The notes under the pieces: generated by a model
The model's input: only the letters and a program-made list of their open reading frames with translations
Databases searched by the model: none
Told to the model about the DNA's origin: nothing
Translations under genes and position numbers: made by a program
Shown: positions 23,213 through 36,294 of the stretch, piece by piece
How positions within the stretch are numbered: position 1 is the first letter of the stretch
How the letters are laid out: each line of letters opens with the position of its first letter
Assembly (NCBI GenBank): GCA_022813865.1
Contig: JALDZX010000009.1
Span: forward strand, 62,001 to 126,000
Direction of reading: 5' to 3'
Length of the DNA: 64,000 nucleotides
DNA from: Xylographa opegraphella
Taxonomy: Eukaryota

Positions 23213-24979
23213 CTAAACACGCTCCACATGCGCAATCGCCCCTTTCAGATCATCATCGCCCGTAACCTCCTTCATGCCCAGCTCGTCCAACTCGGCACGG
23301 TGTTTCGCAATCGCCTCGGGGAAGTGCCTGCGGTTTGCCTTCGAGTCGAACAGGTACGACAGCTCGGTGTAGGTGAGATCTTTCGTCTCGGGCACGTAGA
23401 AGTACACGTAAGCGTAGGCCAGCACGCCGAAGAAGCCGAACACCAGTCCGACCCGCGCCTGAAGATTCCCCTCATCGACATTTATCATGTATGGACAGGC
23501 AAAGCCAAAAATCCAACCGACGCCTGCATTGCCTATAGTGACGAGGGGCTGCGTGTAGGCGCGCAGCGACAGGTCTGAGATCTCGGAGGAAAAGGAGAGC
23601 GCGCCAGCGCCGAGGGTGGTTTGGTAGATGAAGGCCCAGATAAAGAGCAAGGCGGTGATGGCGGAGAGGGCGCCGTGGTTCTTATCTGCGAAGCCAAGGC
23701 CGCCAATGAGGAACAGCAGAATCCACATCAAGAGCAGGCCATGCACGATCAGCGGACGGCGACCGATACGCTCGATGGTGTAGAAGGCGATGGTGTTGCC
23801 GACGAAGCCAAGGACGAAAACGCCGATAGAGACGTTGAAGGGCTGCTGGATTCCAATCAGGGAGGCCCAGTACCCAATATATCCGAAGATGAAGGAGGTG
23901 CCGATTACCTGCTGCGTGGAGCCGCAGAGGAAGGTGAGGCATGTGCGCGACCAGTTGGAGCCCCGGAAGCAGTCTTTGATGGTCACTTCTTGAGACAGGT
24001 TGGTGATGACAGCGACTTCTACTTGGAGTTCGTTAAAGCGACGTTTGATGAGGCCTTCGTTATGTTTGCCATACAGGCGCGTCAACTCGCGTTCGGCACG
24101 TGGAAGGTCGTTGTACTTGCTCAATATCCAGTATGGGGATTCGGGATACCACGGCATCAAGGCGATAGTAGCAACAGGGAAGATCCACTGCATACCGATG
24201 AGTGTAAGCCAGCTCGCGTTTCCTGGAAGATTCGCACTCCATCTGGCGGAGAGGGCGAGGAACAGCTGCCCGTAGACGATTGAGGAGTTGAGGAAGACAA
24301 GGTAGAAGCCTCGAAGCTCGGGAAAACAGTTTTCACCAACGTACAACGGACCAAAGCAAAAACATCCGCCGAGGCCGAAACCATTTATGGCTTTACCGAC
24401 CATCATAAGTTTCCAGTCGCGAGAGGCGAATTGGATAGCCACTCCAACAATGCAGATAGCCGAAGACAAGGCATAAGAAGCTCGACGACCATATTTGTTG
24501 CAAATCCATGAAGAACAGAGAGCTCCGATACATTGAGCAATGGCGGTCACTGATAAACGACTATAATCAGCGCTGTTCTTAGAGACAGGATAGGAAATTT
24601 TCGATATGATAGCTGGTGTAAGTCTTGACTACTTGACTCGCGAAAAAATGGATTCGCACGCTGGGTAAAAACAAAGGGCCAGGTAGGATTACTCACTCCC
24701 GTTCCACAGGGACTGCCACAGAGCTGGTGTAACATAGGTTCCATTATACAAATATCCGAACTGCTGGTTGAAAGCAGGCATGGCTAGGACCTGACCAGGG
24801 ATAGACAAATCAAACCCCAGAACAATCAAGGACATGAAGGAATAGAAGGACCAGAACATGAACGTCTTGCTGGCAAAGAGTGTCTTCCATCGTTTCTCAG
24901 CTTGGGAGACTCTCAGCATCTGTGCTGAGATGAGCTCAGGCTCCGCTGGAGGAGGTGCTGGTTGCATGATGCCAGACAT
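23213..24979 (-). CDS. MFS sugar porter (maltose permease-like), 2 exons
   Basis: ATG 24979, intron 24550-24696. Motifs GFD..PAFNQQFG, YGRR, YVGENCFPELRG, PESPYW, IGRRPL, SEISDLSLR, VPETKDLTYTELSYLF. Confidence 0.92.
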
Positions 24980-25405
24980 GATTGAGGCGATTTCGTGATG
25001 CTCTGTCGACCGTGGTGTTGGGATAAAGGACCGAAGGTTCGGGTTCTGGATGTGGGCCACATGGCCAGGCTTTTGTATCGCACAGGCGCATAAACTGGCG
25101 ATGACTTGGAAAATAGCTGGTGTCTCGCCCGCACTCAGAGCTGGATGAATATAGGTAGTTACGGGCCGACGCTGCAGTCTCATTTCTTCAAACTTTGTAT
25201 CTGCTCCATCTAAATCCACCAATCAGGTCAAACAACTGCAAACACCAGACCATGTATAATCATGCACAGAGCCTGACGGGACCAGTTGGTCCCGGGGCTT
25301 GAGTCTCCAGATTTCACTATAGTCGCCGTAACTGGGATTGGCACGTGTGACTAGATGTCGATGCAGCTACCAATCAAGCACTCTCCATTAGTGGTCTGTT
25401 CGGAG

Positions 25406-25426
25406 TGATTGGTGGAATGATTGGTG
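25406..25426 (-). promoter_or_regulatory. Tandem CCAAT boxes upstream of the second MFS gene
   Basis: TGATTGGTG at 25406-25414 and 25418-25426 (CACCAATCA on the minus strand), ~430 bp upstream of the ATG. Confidence 0.4.
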
Positions 25427-27164
25427 CTGTGGCGGACAGCAGTCGTCCGGGCCTGATATAGGCATGGACGGTAAGCTAAACAATAAGGTTGTCTGGGGCG
25501 CATGCGGGGGAGCGCGGAGTTCAATGTTTGGTAGACCAACCTACACAAGGTACTCGACCCACGCGGAGAAGCGAGCGGGGTTGAAGTCAAGCAGAGATTG
25601 TCATGACCGCCGGTCACCTTGGCTTTTCAGATGTAGAAGCCTAGGCTACCGAGTATTCTTCCAGCCCGTGATAGAGAGGTCCACATCGACGAGGCATATC
25701 GAGCGAACAGAACTAGATGACCTTGATCGTCACCTCGGGGAAAAACGCGCATTATCACAACATACAGAGATAGACTAGTAACATGTGTGATTCTTCTGGG
25801 TTGCAGAGGGAAGAGTGATGCCCAGAGTCAGAGTAACTAAATTTAGCCGGCTCTGCCGTTGTACTTGTATTCTGCTCTTTTAACTCACCTACCGGACTTC
25901 CGCCAACGGATATGATTCGTCGCAACGGAGTGTAACAACTATTGGCTGTGTACGGAGAACTAAGTAGAAAACACATTGGAAGACGACTTCAAAAATGGCA
26001 TATGAGTGACTGAGAACTGAAGACGTTGACATGTCAGGCTACTCCCCATTGGGCGTAGCGCCTAGTATTCTCCAGCCTCTCGTCAGCGTCGAGAACTGAT
26101 AGACCACGTCCTCAGGCTTGGTAAAAGACCAGATCATTGACAGTCGGACCGGATAGCCAGGTATCAAAATATGATATGACAGGTCCTTGTGACCAGACAT
26201 GCTGCAACCCTCGGTACGGAGTTGTTTGTCGGTCGTTGTATCAAGTACCGTCGCTCTCGAGAACATCAGGTCTTTTCTGTCTACTGGCGAAAGTCGCTGG
26301 ATATGCTGATGGAGTAAGGATACAACTTTTATACAGAGACGAGGCATCTTATGGCAAGGGTCTTAACCGCTTTGGTATCTTCCGGGGCTTACCTACACTG
26401 CCTCGGAGGATAATGCCTGAGGGCAGCCAGCGATGTCGCCCGCCAATCAGCTCTATATCCTTCGGTAACAGCTCTAAGGTATCGATTACTCTGCGAGATT
26501 AACTTGGTATCCTGTTCTTCCTGTATCATACTTGACGCTGGTGCTGGACGATGCTATTGAGAACGTTCAAAGAAAAATACCTATTGTAAGGTTTCTACAG
26601 CAGCCTCGAGTGACTCTTCTAAACCAACACGACGCTCCTGTATTACACATCATATTCATTGCTTGACCACAATGAACTCGCAGAAACCAAGTCTCTGAAG
26701 CTTACTGCATGCTCTTCAAGCAAATCAGACTCCTCATACAGGTATGGTGTATTCCTGGCTCGATCATACAGGTCCACTAGCTATTTCACAAAACAGCAAA
26801 AGCTTTCTTAAGTACGAGAACGAGAGTTTGAAGCCCGGTATTGTTATTGAGAGACGAATGGTCCATTGGCCTCACAGAGGAAAATTGAGTACAAGCCAGT
26901 GCCAGAGAAAAACGAAGCAAATCGCTTGTTGCATGATGTTTCACACATGCCACTGAAAAGGGAGTCACTAGATTGACAGATTGACTAATTGCCCTCGACT
27001 CCTCGACTGGATAAGGTTCAAAAGGCTGGAGTGGTGTGACTGCGTGACTGCGGGATGACGACACTCGGTGGTAGCCTTTATATTCGAACCATCAGTAAGA
27101 TAACTCGTGGAAGACCTACTCGTTCATACACCCAACTACAGATATCCTATCCAAACCGACCAAA

Positions 27165-27891
27165 ATGCCCAAAGTACTCGCTGCCATCACCTCACCCATC
27201 AACCCTCCCTCGTCCTCCCCAGTCCTCACCATTCCGCAAATATGGGCCGGCCTCATCCTAAAATGCAAAGAACCCCAGCATTTCGTGGCAGCGATGTCTG
27301 ACTGCAAGGTAACCTCGGAATCCGAGACACAGATCGTGCGACTCATCACCATCGGCAAGGAGGGAATAATGGGGCCACCCGGAACCGAATTGCGGGAGAG
27401 AATTGAGTTGGCGAAGCCGATGCAGGTGCGTTCAAAGTCTTGCTGTTTCAGAAAGCTGTTTTCAGATGCGTATTGTTACTCAGAGGATGGGTTGTCGGGC
27501 GATATTTGGCCCGGGTCACTACTAAGCAATGTGTCTGTCAAGTATGATGGCTTGTCAACTTTCTGTTTGTTTCTTCTATGTGCAAGCCCGGCTCTTTTAA
27601 GCGCGTGTTTTCCATCGTTGTCATCTATACCTACCCAACTTTTCCACCCGGCCATTTAATCTCCCACTACAGGCCGATTTCTTTATGGACAACGGCACAC
27701 ACATCTCGAACATCGTGTCCGTAGGTTCCGTGGGATCCGAAGATCTCTACATGACATTCACGTTCGACATTGTGGCGCCGGAGGGGACAGACACGAAGGT
27801 CGAGCACGCAAACACTCTAAAAGCGGGGCACGCAACGGTGAAGCATACGATTGAGATTATCAGGGGTTTAGTAAAGGAGGGAAAACTGTGA
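27165..27891 (+). CDS. DUF1857 / AtaL-like (START/Bet v1 fold) protein, 2 exons
   Basis: SPINP...VLTIPQIWAGLILKCKEPQHFV...C.V. Intron 27426-27672 joins to ADFFMDNGTHISNIVSVG...DLYMTFTF...TVKHTIEIIRGLVKEGKL. Confidence 0.8.
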
Positions 27892-28427
27892 GCCAGCGTA
27901 CGAATTAATGGTGCTTGCTCTATTAGAAATAAAGGATTTTGTAGTGCAAGGATACACATTGAGGCACGGCTATGACTTTGCTCAGAGCGTACACTGGCAA
28001 GATCTCATGTGAGACATACAGCCCTAGTGTCGTACTCGTGTTGCCAAGCCCGCAATACTTCAGTCAGTCTACTACCACTCTGAAATACAGCTGGAATTGT
28101 AAGACTCAAGCCAACTATAGTATTCGAATAACGCTTCAGCGTTCATAGAACATTGATACATCTAGCCCACTCCTTCGTCTTGCTCTCTCTTCGAGAATTT
28201 CAGGCTTGGTCATCCCGATCATGCCGGTGTTAAGCGCCGGCTACCTGACCCTGCAGCGGCTGTGGGCGGGACCTGTTCAGCCACTAAATAGTCCCGAAGC
28301 CGCCCTCCCTGCTAGTGAAAGCCACCCCGCCAAAATATTTATTACGATGATGCATCATTAAACAGAAATCATCATCCTCTTCCTCCGCTGCTGTTCATTC
28401 TTGACAACCCCCGTCTCGACGCCTACC

Positions 28428-29287
28428 ATGTTCACCGGTATTGTGGAAACGATTGGCAGTACGTCCCTCCCACTTCCCTCCCACCCCACCTTTGCTCCCT
28501 TCCCCCTTCCCTTCCCCGAGCCGAACTAACCCCCACCCAGCAGTCTCCGCCCTCGAAAGCCACGACGCGACCTCCTCCGGCGGCGGGGGCACCTCCCTGA
28601 CGATCATCGACTGCGCCGACATCCTCACCGACGCCCACCTCGGCGACAGCATCAGCATCAACGGTACGCAGCCAGCCCTCCCCCCGCACTCCTCTTCCGC
28701 CCCACCACCCCACTAAACCCTCGCCCTCCCTCCCAGGAACCTGCCTCACCATCACCGCCCTCACGCCCTCAACCTTCAAAGTCGGCATATCGCCCGAAAC
28801 GCTCCGGCGCACGAACCTCTCCTCCCTCACGGCCTCCTCGCCCCTAAACCTCGAGCGGGCCGTCTCAGCGGCGACGCGCATGGGCGGACACTTCGTGCAA
28901 GGGCACGTCGACACTGTAGCGGCCATCGAAGCGAAGACCCCCGACGGCAACGCCATCACGTACCGGCTGCGGCCGCGCGACGCGGGCGTGCTGCGCTATG
29001 TGGTCGAGAAGGGCTACGTCACGCTGGACGGGGCGAGCCTGACGGTGACGGCGGTGCGGGACGGGCCCGCGGGCTGGTTCGAGGTCATGCTGATCGCGTA
29101 CACGCAGGAGCGGGTGGTGATGGGTGGGAAGGGCGTGGGCGAGGAGGTCAATGTCGAGGTCGATATGGTGGGCAAGTATGTGGAGAAGAGCGTGCGCGGT
29201 TATTTTGAGGGGAAGGAAGGGGGCGAGATGGGGGTGCTGGAGAGGATGGTGGGGAGGATGGTGGATGAGCGGTTGAAGGGGACGTGA
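28428..29287 (+). CDS. RIB5: Riboflavin synthase (alpha chain), 3 exons
   Basis: Diagnostic MFTGIVE N-terminus; GDSISING-TCLT, NLERA, MGGHFVQGHVD, KGYVTLDGASLTV, VNVEVDMVGKY. Confidence 0.97.
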
Positions 29288-29458
29288 GTGCCATTGTGGC
29301 TGTGATTGTGGAGCGGAGAATGGAAAATCGGAAATCTGGCATTGCGGAAGCGTTTCTGGGGTGGAGGAAAATATGGTTTTCGATATCTGAGTCTGAGCTG
29401 TGAAGCTCTCTAAATCTTCTCATGAATGTTCAAAGATGCGGGTTCTTCAAGGTGGGTA

Positions 29459-32085
29459 TCAATCGTAAGCATCATCGTCCTCCGCTTCCGGCGCAATCCA
29501 GTCGTCGTAGTCCTCCACTACGCTCTCGATCTCATCTTCTCCGTCGTCCCCTTCGTCCTCTTCATCTCCAGCACCGAACGCTGCGCCAGCTTCTTCTTGT
29601 CCGAATGCTTTCCGGATCTCCGGCATGGCCCCGAGGAGCTCTCCGGCTTCCTCCTCTTCCTCCTCTTCCTCTTCATCCTCGTCGTTTGCTTCGACGTGAA
29701 TCGGCTCTGTTCCTTTTGCTACCGGTCTCGGCGGTGTCGGAGACGTGACGGTGACCTTCGGAGTCGAAGCTCTGCTTCCACTTTCCCGAGCGGGTGTCTC
29801 GGCCACGCTTCCGACGCGACTCGTACTTCCACTCTCACTTGAAGCCTCCGAGCCGAGCAAGTGATGTATTGCTTGATAGTTGATCTTCTTACTGTAAGCC
29901 CTTTTGGCTAACATGGCTGCTACAGCTTCTTCGGGCGTTTGTGGACCAGTCACTTGCCCGTCTTCTGTAGTACGTTGGTAGGCACTCATATCACCCATCC
30001 TTCCCCTCTTACGCTTACGCCGGACGATTACTCGAGTTGTACCATTGGCTTCTGCTAGCTGCTTTTTGATAAGTTTTGCTTGTTGAGCTCGCAGGTAGTC
30101 TGCATTGTCGTGAACCCATATTCGTTCTTTGATCGCCCTTTCAGCTTCGTCGAGCAAACACCCATTGACTTCTGGATCATCGGCGAACTCGTCTTCTGGG
30201 ATGACTTCTGAATCGGGAACGGTGGCCAGAAGTTCCGAGGTAGTTCTCGTACGTTTGTCAACCTTGGCCGTCTCCCGGGCTGGAGACATGTTGTTGGGTT
30301 CCGTCGACTCAAGGACCTCCTCTGACTGATTTGAGAGAACTGTTACTGCTCCTGGCTCCTGATCTTGGCTATCTGGAACGGCGTCATTCACAGAGTTGTC
30401 GTGCTGGGTATCTTGCTGGGCGTCTTGCTGGGTATCTTGCTGGGTGGCTGGAGGTGAATTCGGCATGGTTCTATGGAGCTCCTGGTGTAATGCTGTCGCA
30501 TTGGAAATAGTTTCAGGGTCTTCAAGGAAGGAGTTGATCTCTGACTCCATATCGGTTTCCTCGAGGATCTGGGAGCTTGAAGGAGTCGGGGGCGGCTTGT
30601 TCTTTGTTCCTGAAGGTCGGCCCCGCTTGCGCTTTTGCCCTGCTGCAACACTTTCCCCCTCATTTGGGCCATTTTCATCGATGTCTCCCATCGTAGTGGA
30701 CTCGACCTCGGGCAATCGCTGTGCAGGGACCTCGAGAAGAGCCGGATCAACGGGAATAGGTGGAGGCGGCATGGCTTGACTGTCCAGCTGTTCTTTTGAT
30801 GTAGGCGTATCTTGCCTGCTATCACTACGCGACGAGGTCACAGATATAGCGCGTTCTGTTTCTGTGTCCGACATTTCATCTTCTGCAGTCCCGTTATCTT
30901 TCTGTTTTCGTCGCTTCTTCTTTGGAGGTAAGAATTGCTTGTAATAGGCTGGAGGGTCGCAATTATTCTCCACTTTGTCTCCATGGTTTAAAAACTCCGT
31001 GACTGTAAGCTTACTGCTGTCAGTATACTTGAATTCTTCAAGTCGCTTTGCTATGGTTATGTCTGTGACTTTGGCAATGTACACGAGTTCTCGAACTGTA
31101 CGACGGTAATTGTTCATTCGAGCTGCAAGAATTATTGCTGCTCCACATACACCAGCTGGTCGCCGACCAGGAGTCATCCAGTCACGATCCATACGCTTCA
31201 GTATCCGGACAGCTTCTTCAGCAACTTTGGTCTTGTCGCTGCCAAATTCTAGTTCTTCTGCAAAACGATAGATGAGGCCTTCCGGATTCAACTCGCCAAT
31301 ACCTTTTTTCTCTCGAAGGCCGAGGTCTTCGACTAAAGTAAGGTACGTTTGTCCGAGCTTGAAAACGTTAATCTATCGCAAAGTTAGGATTGCAATTTTA
31401 CCGCTTAAGGACCACCATACCTGCAAGGCATCGGAGAAGTCAATCAGCATCATTCTATTCTGCGACTCCATACGACAAGCAATGTAGAGACAAGCTGCCG
31501 CGACATGATTGATCTCACGGCCTTGAATGAAGTTGATACCGGTGGCAAGGGTATATATGGATAGTGCCCTTGATTTGTGAGTGTCGCCAAGGCTGAGACC
31601 ATCAGCTATCTGTCTAATAGCATTGTTCCCTACCATGTCGATTAGCAATATTTACCGGGACTCAGAGGCAATATCATAGGCTGACCATTTCTTAAGCTGA
31701 CCTGACGACTATCCATACCACCAGCAATTTTAGAATTGCCTAAAGCACTATTCCGAGCATGCTCTTCGTTGGCTCCGACATAACTGCCTGACACAGCGAC
31801 CGATCCATTGGCCATGTCCAAGAATTGAATTTCCGAAGTGATCTGGCCATCCTGCACCACCACACCACAGGTCTTGCAGACCAATTTGCCGTCGTCTTCG
31901 TCGATATCGCTCTGGGGACATTGCTTGTTGGTACATTGCAACGTACTGGGCCGCCGTGATTGTGCCGAGGCCTGTAGAACGGCCTTTGGGACCGGTCGAG
32001 GCTGAGGATTTTTCACACTATCGAGTCTGACTGCTCGTACTCGTTGTGCCGGCTGCTTAAGAGCCGTCTTTGGCTTCGTAGCCAT
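29459..32085 (-). CDS. BRF1: RNA polymerase III transcription factor IIIB subunit Brf1, 3 exons
   Basis: Zn ribbon (CTNKQC...VCKTCG), cyclin folds (FIQGR...AACLYIACR; MDRDWMTPGRRPAGVCGAA), DPPAY, KERIW..N.DYL and YSKKINY homology blocks, acidic tail. Confidence 0.96.
30398..30445 (-). repeat. 12-bp coding tandem repeat (TQQD/AQQD/TQHD x4) in the Brf1 linker
   Basis: ACCCAGCAAGAT-like unit occurs four times on the coding strand. Confidence 0.85.
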
Positions 32086-33926
32086 CCTATTGTACAAGTG
32101 CTAGTATGCTATCGAACGAGATGGTCTCTTCCTGCTGCCTTCAATCTGTTGACCATAACTCGCTTATCGATTTGCGATAGTACGATCTTGGTCGTGACTC
32201 ATTCAGAGCACATGTAGCCCTAATGTAAACACCTCAACGAAGAATGAGTGGTTGTAGAGCGAGGATACTGCGAGCTGCAAGCAATGCGGAGAGGATCTTC
32301 TAGCAGAAGGTCTTGTGGTGGTGGAGGTTAGCGGTGGGGGCAGCGCATTTGATTCATGGATGGCGGGACAAGCCAGGGTGTGTTCGCTTAAATTGCTTGG
32401 ACCGGCAAAGTACAGTAGAGTTCAAATCCGGACGAGAGCGAATAAATGCAGATTTGCTTCCTTTCGGGTGACTTTTCCCTGTGTGCACATGGCCTGCCTA
32501 CTATGGATAATTGTTGCCAATATGAGATGTAGCACAGCGGAATCTTCTGCGTGGATTGTCTGGCTCTATGTAATTCGACTCAACATACTCGATACTCATG
32601 CCGTTAAAATTCTGATCAATAACGGCGGGCTGAATTGTATAAGCGCAATTGGTATGAATTTGAGCCGAGCTATCTATTGTTCTCGGGTCACTAGTGAATA
32701 GCCCTAATGAAGGTGTTGTTCTTTGATCCGCATTACCTTTAGCGTTTCTCACCAATTATAATTTTACGAGAGCCGAGGAGACCAGCCAGACTCGAGATGT
32801 GTACAGGATAAGTGCCGTGCCATATCTACGGTCATCTCTATCTATGGATACTATAGGCATTGAATCCACCTTTTCGTAATCTTGTAGAGAAGAGAATTTG
32901 TCTGATAAACGAGCTTCGAGTATGGCTTCGACGATAATTGCGGTATACCGGTCTCCACACCTACTATTGGGTGGTTCTGAACGTACCGACCTATATGGTC
33001 TAGTCTTGCCATGCTAGTCACTTTTTATCTCAGGCTATTATTCGCATTCTCAATAGCTTCTTCCACTTTCTTTGTCAATAAACTCGGAGCCATCCATATT
33101 CGGCCAGCTCAAAGTGCCACACTTGCAAACATCAATCGTATTAATGCAATACGCACCGACAGGAAAATTCATAGAGCAGGCTTCACAGCTCGCCCATTGA
33201 CGCCCACCGCTCTGGTTGCCCAAGGAATTTACACCAAGTCGCAGAAGAAAAGAAACTGCGGATAGCCGAAAGCCTAGTCTAGATAAGGTAGCTTCAAAGA
33301 AATCACTGTTACCCCGGATGAGGTATTTGAACAGGGGAGGGCAAGGATGTACCGCAGCGAAGCTCGCAGAAAGAGACTTAAGGACGTCGATCCTTCAAGA
33401 TCTACATGAAGCGCGAGTCCATGCGAGTCTTCTCGGTCTAGCGGGTACTATATCTGCGGTAAGCGAACCTTCTGGGGAAAGCCAGTTCCACACGCCAAGG
33501 TAGTGAAGTAAACCGAGGCAACCACCGCCAGTGTATAAAAGTCCGGGTTGGTCTTAGCCGGGGTGACCTTTGACTCGTGCTTGTAGATTATATTGTACTC
33601 CTGTTAACGCATCCCTAAGGTATACCTAAACAACAATAGTACGTAAAAGTAACAGCTCGATGATTAAACAATTTCTGGACTATACGTCAGCTTTGAACAT
33701 GCTTATTCAGGGACAGGCTATACCAAGCCAATCACGTCCCATGCGTCGACAGTGACGACGTCTGCAGGTAGCTTCCGAGTGGCTTCCCTGAAATGTGCAA
33801 TATCTCGCACTTGCTGTCTCTCATTATGCTGTCACCGTAGACCACAGCCGGAAGCCCGGCACAGAGGAGCCAGGAATCGTACAGATCAGCAAAGTTTGCT
33901 GCTATAAGGTAGTATCACCAAAATCA

Positions 33927-34897
33927 TCACTTCGCCTTAATTCTTCGTATAGTCACCCTGTCTCCTTCCAGCTCCCAACCAACGCCGTCCTGCAGCTTCA
34001 GCTCTTCCCAGGATCGTCCTGCGCACCATTCAACGTAGGCTTTGTCAACCCCGAGGTAGCTTCTTCCTAAGCACTTCAAAGCATGCTTTCGCATTCCCTC
34101 TTCCGCCCAGAACATCAGTTTCCTCTGATAACCATCCACCACGCCTCTAATCCGCCAAAAAATCACCCAGTCGTCATGTACCAAAGCTTTCAAAACCATT
34201 TCCACTCTCTTGTCCCGAAAATCCCACCTCTTCCGCACCGAGAACGCATTACACATGTCTCCCAGACGGCAGCTGAGGTCGAGGATATGATAGCTCACAA
34301 ACTCGTGTAGCTCCGGTGAAGGGAGGGCTGTGGAGGGGTGTATTTTGTATAACAGATGGAGAAGTGCGGGATGGTAGGACTCGTATGTGGCCGTGAGAAT
34401 CATAGCACGTATTATGAAGACATAGGCACGTTGCGCGAAATTATCTGTTCGTGATGAGGCAACAATAGCTTCTCGGAGCTTCCGCATAGCCATTGTCAGG
34501 ACAGAGAGTTCCAGCGACGAGGCTTTTTGAGCTATAGGAGTCGAAACCGAACTTCCTGGTGGTGACACTCCATCAGGAGAGATCTTTTGGTCCACCCTGT
34601 CAAGACTGTCAAGGGATAACGACGCGAATGCTTTGTCCAAGGCATCATCGTGGCGGCCCGCAGCAGCACAGAACTGCATATATCGCTCCACGATCTTGTT
34701 GTAGTACGTTTCTTGAACCTTGAAATCCAAGAGTCTAGGCTTGCTTAGCCACCAGCCACACGCAATAGATTGTCGTGACCATGCCTGCTATCACCCTTGG
34801 ATGGAAGGCCGTAGCTTTCCAGAAGGTCGGTGGGAGGAGGCTTCAACCGACTCCAGGCTGCGGAAGGCCGCCGCGATGAAGGAAACGCACTCGTCAT
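33927..34897 (-). CDS. PCI-domain (SAC3/GANP/THP3-, CSN8/PSMD8/eIF3K-like) protein, 2 exons
   Basis: MTSAFP...LPSKGDSR joins via GC-AG intron 34735-34784 to LLDFKVQETYY. Motifs MRKLREAI, YESYHPAL, MRKHALKCLGRSY and a winged-helix-like end GWELEGDRVTIR. Confidence 0.75.
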
Positions 34898-35285
34898 TGT
34901 GAGCTCCAAAATTCCTGGATGCTGGTGACCATGAACTCGGAACATCTACAGATTGTACTCCGTAGGTATGTAGAAAGTGTATGCCGACCAGTTTAGGCTT
35001 AGCGTTCCCAAGGACCTAAATCGGGAGTGGAAATCTCCCTCGTACCGCTCAATCAAAAGTCGCTAGCGAATATCAACATTATTTATTAACTTGCGAGTAT
35101 CTTCGAATACAGCTCATGCAGCAGCTCTCGCACATGGTAGTCCCAATATCCAAACCTAAGACTACCTACCTAGAGCGGTGATCGCCTGGCACCAAATCTG
35201 GAGATAGGTGGATGCAGACTGGTATCTTGGCTGCCAAGGCACGTTGCCTCAAGGACTCGAGATCAGTGCACCATCCATAACCATA

Positions 35286-36294
35286 ATGTCACCGGCACCA
35301 GAACTCCCAGAGACATGTCAATCAGACCTGCAGCTGCTAACTTTCGAAACACTTCCCCATTGGCAACAAGACAATCACTACATTCTAAGCCATTACCGAC
35401 CGGCTTCGTACTCATTTATCCGCTCGTCGAAGTCTCTCTTCTACCTCCATAACGAATTTGTAAACATCCATACTCATTTATTTGGCACAGTCATTTTCAT
35501 TCTTTTATTCCTCTATTACTGCCCTCCACCATCTCAACCTTCGTTGAAAGCTGAAGGTCTACTGCCGTTCACTGAAGCGGATAGCATGGCGCTCTCGTTC
35601 TTCTACGTCGGAGCCGTTGTTTGCCTCTTGATTAGCGCCTCATTCCATATGATATCCAATCATTCTCCCCGAGTGGCTAAATTCGGAAATCAGCTCGACT
35701 ACGTCGGTATTGTGGCTCTAATTACAGGGTCTTTCATTCCAAGTGTGTACTATGGTTTCTACTGTGACCGGCACCTTCAAGAAACGTACTGGGTCATGAT
35801 ATCCACGCTGGCTATCGGCTGCACGATTGTGTCGCTGTCATCCAAATTTCGAACTCCCCAGTGGCGTCCTTTTCGGGCAAGCATGTTCGTCGCTATGGGT
35901 TTATCTGCAATTTTCCCTGTCCTACATGGACTAAGTCGGTATGGCTTCCGGCGGATGGAATATCAGATTGGTCTACGTTGGGTTGTTCTGCAGGGCGTTC
36001 TGTATATCGTAGGTGCAGGGCTCTACGCAGTAGGTCGCCGTCCAAATTCATTCTCGTCACGTCAACAGGCATGGTTGACCCTTTCTTTTAAGCGGCATGG
36101 AGGCTAATTCGAGGCGTTAAAAGGCCAGAATCCCGGAACGATGGCAACCTGGCAAATTCGATGTTTGGGGAAGCTCACATCAAATCTTCCACGTTCTAAT
36201 TGTGCTAGCTGCGTTGTCGCACCTCAAAGGACTGACGATAGCTGCACACCATGCACATACACCGGGTAGATGTGACTCTGTGCTTTTCATGTGA
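35286..36294 (+). CDS. PAQR / IZH / hemolysin-III family membrane protein, 2 exons
   Basis: [35 protein letters not shown]. Intron ~36030-36123, then [23 protein letters not shown]. Confidence 0.93.

Noticed and set aside
27426..27672. Possible [D1,2] stwintron in the long AtaL-like intron (internal CTAAG...CAAG|TATGAT)
   Set aside because: Two-step removal would delete one extra base and frameshift exon 2, whereas single-intron splicing gives the family-like frame.
32300..33800. Protein-like fragments between BRF1 and the PCI gene
   Set aside because: Short, stop-interrupted and not assignable to any family.
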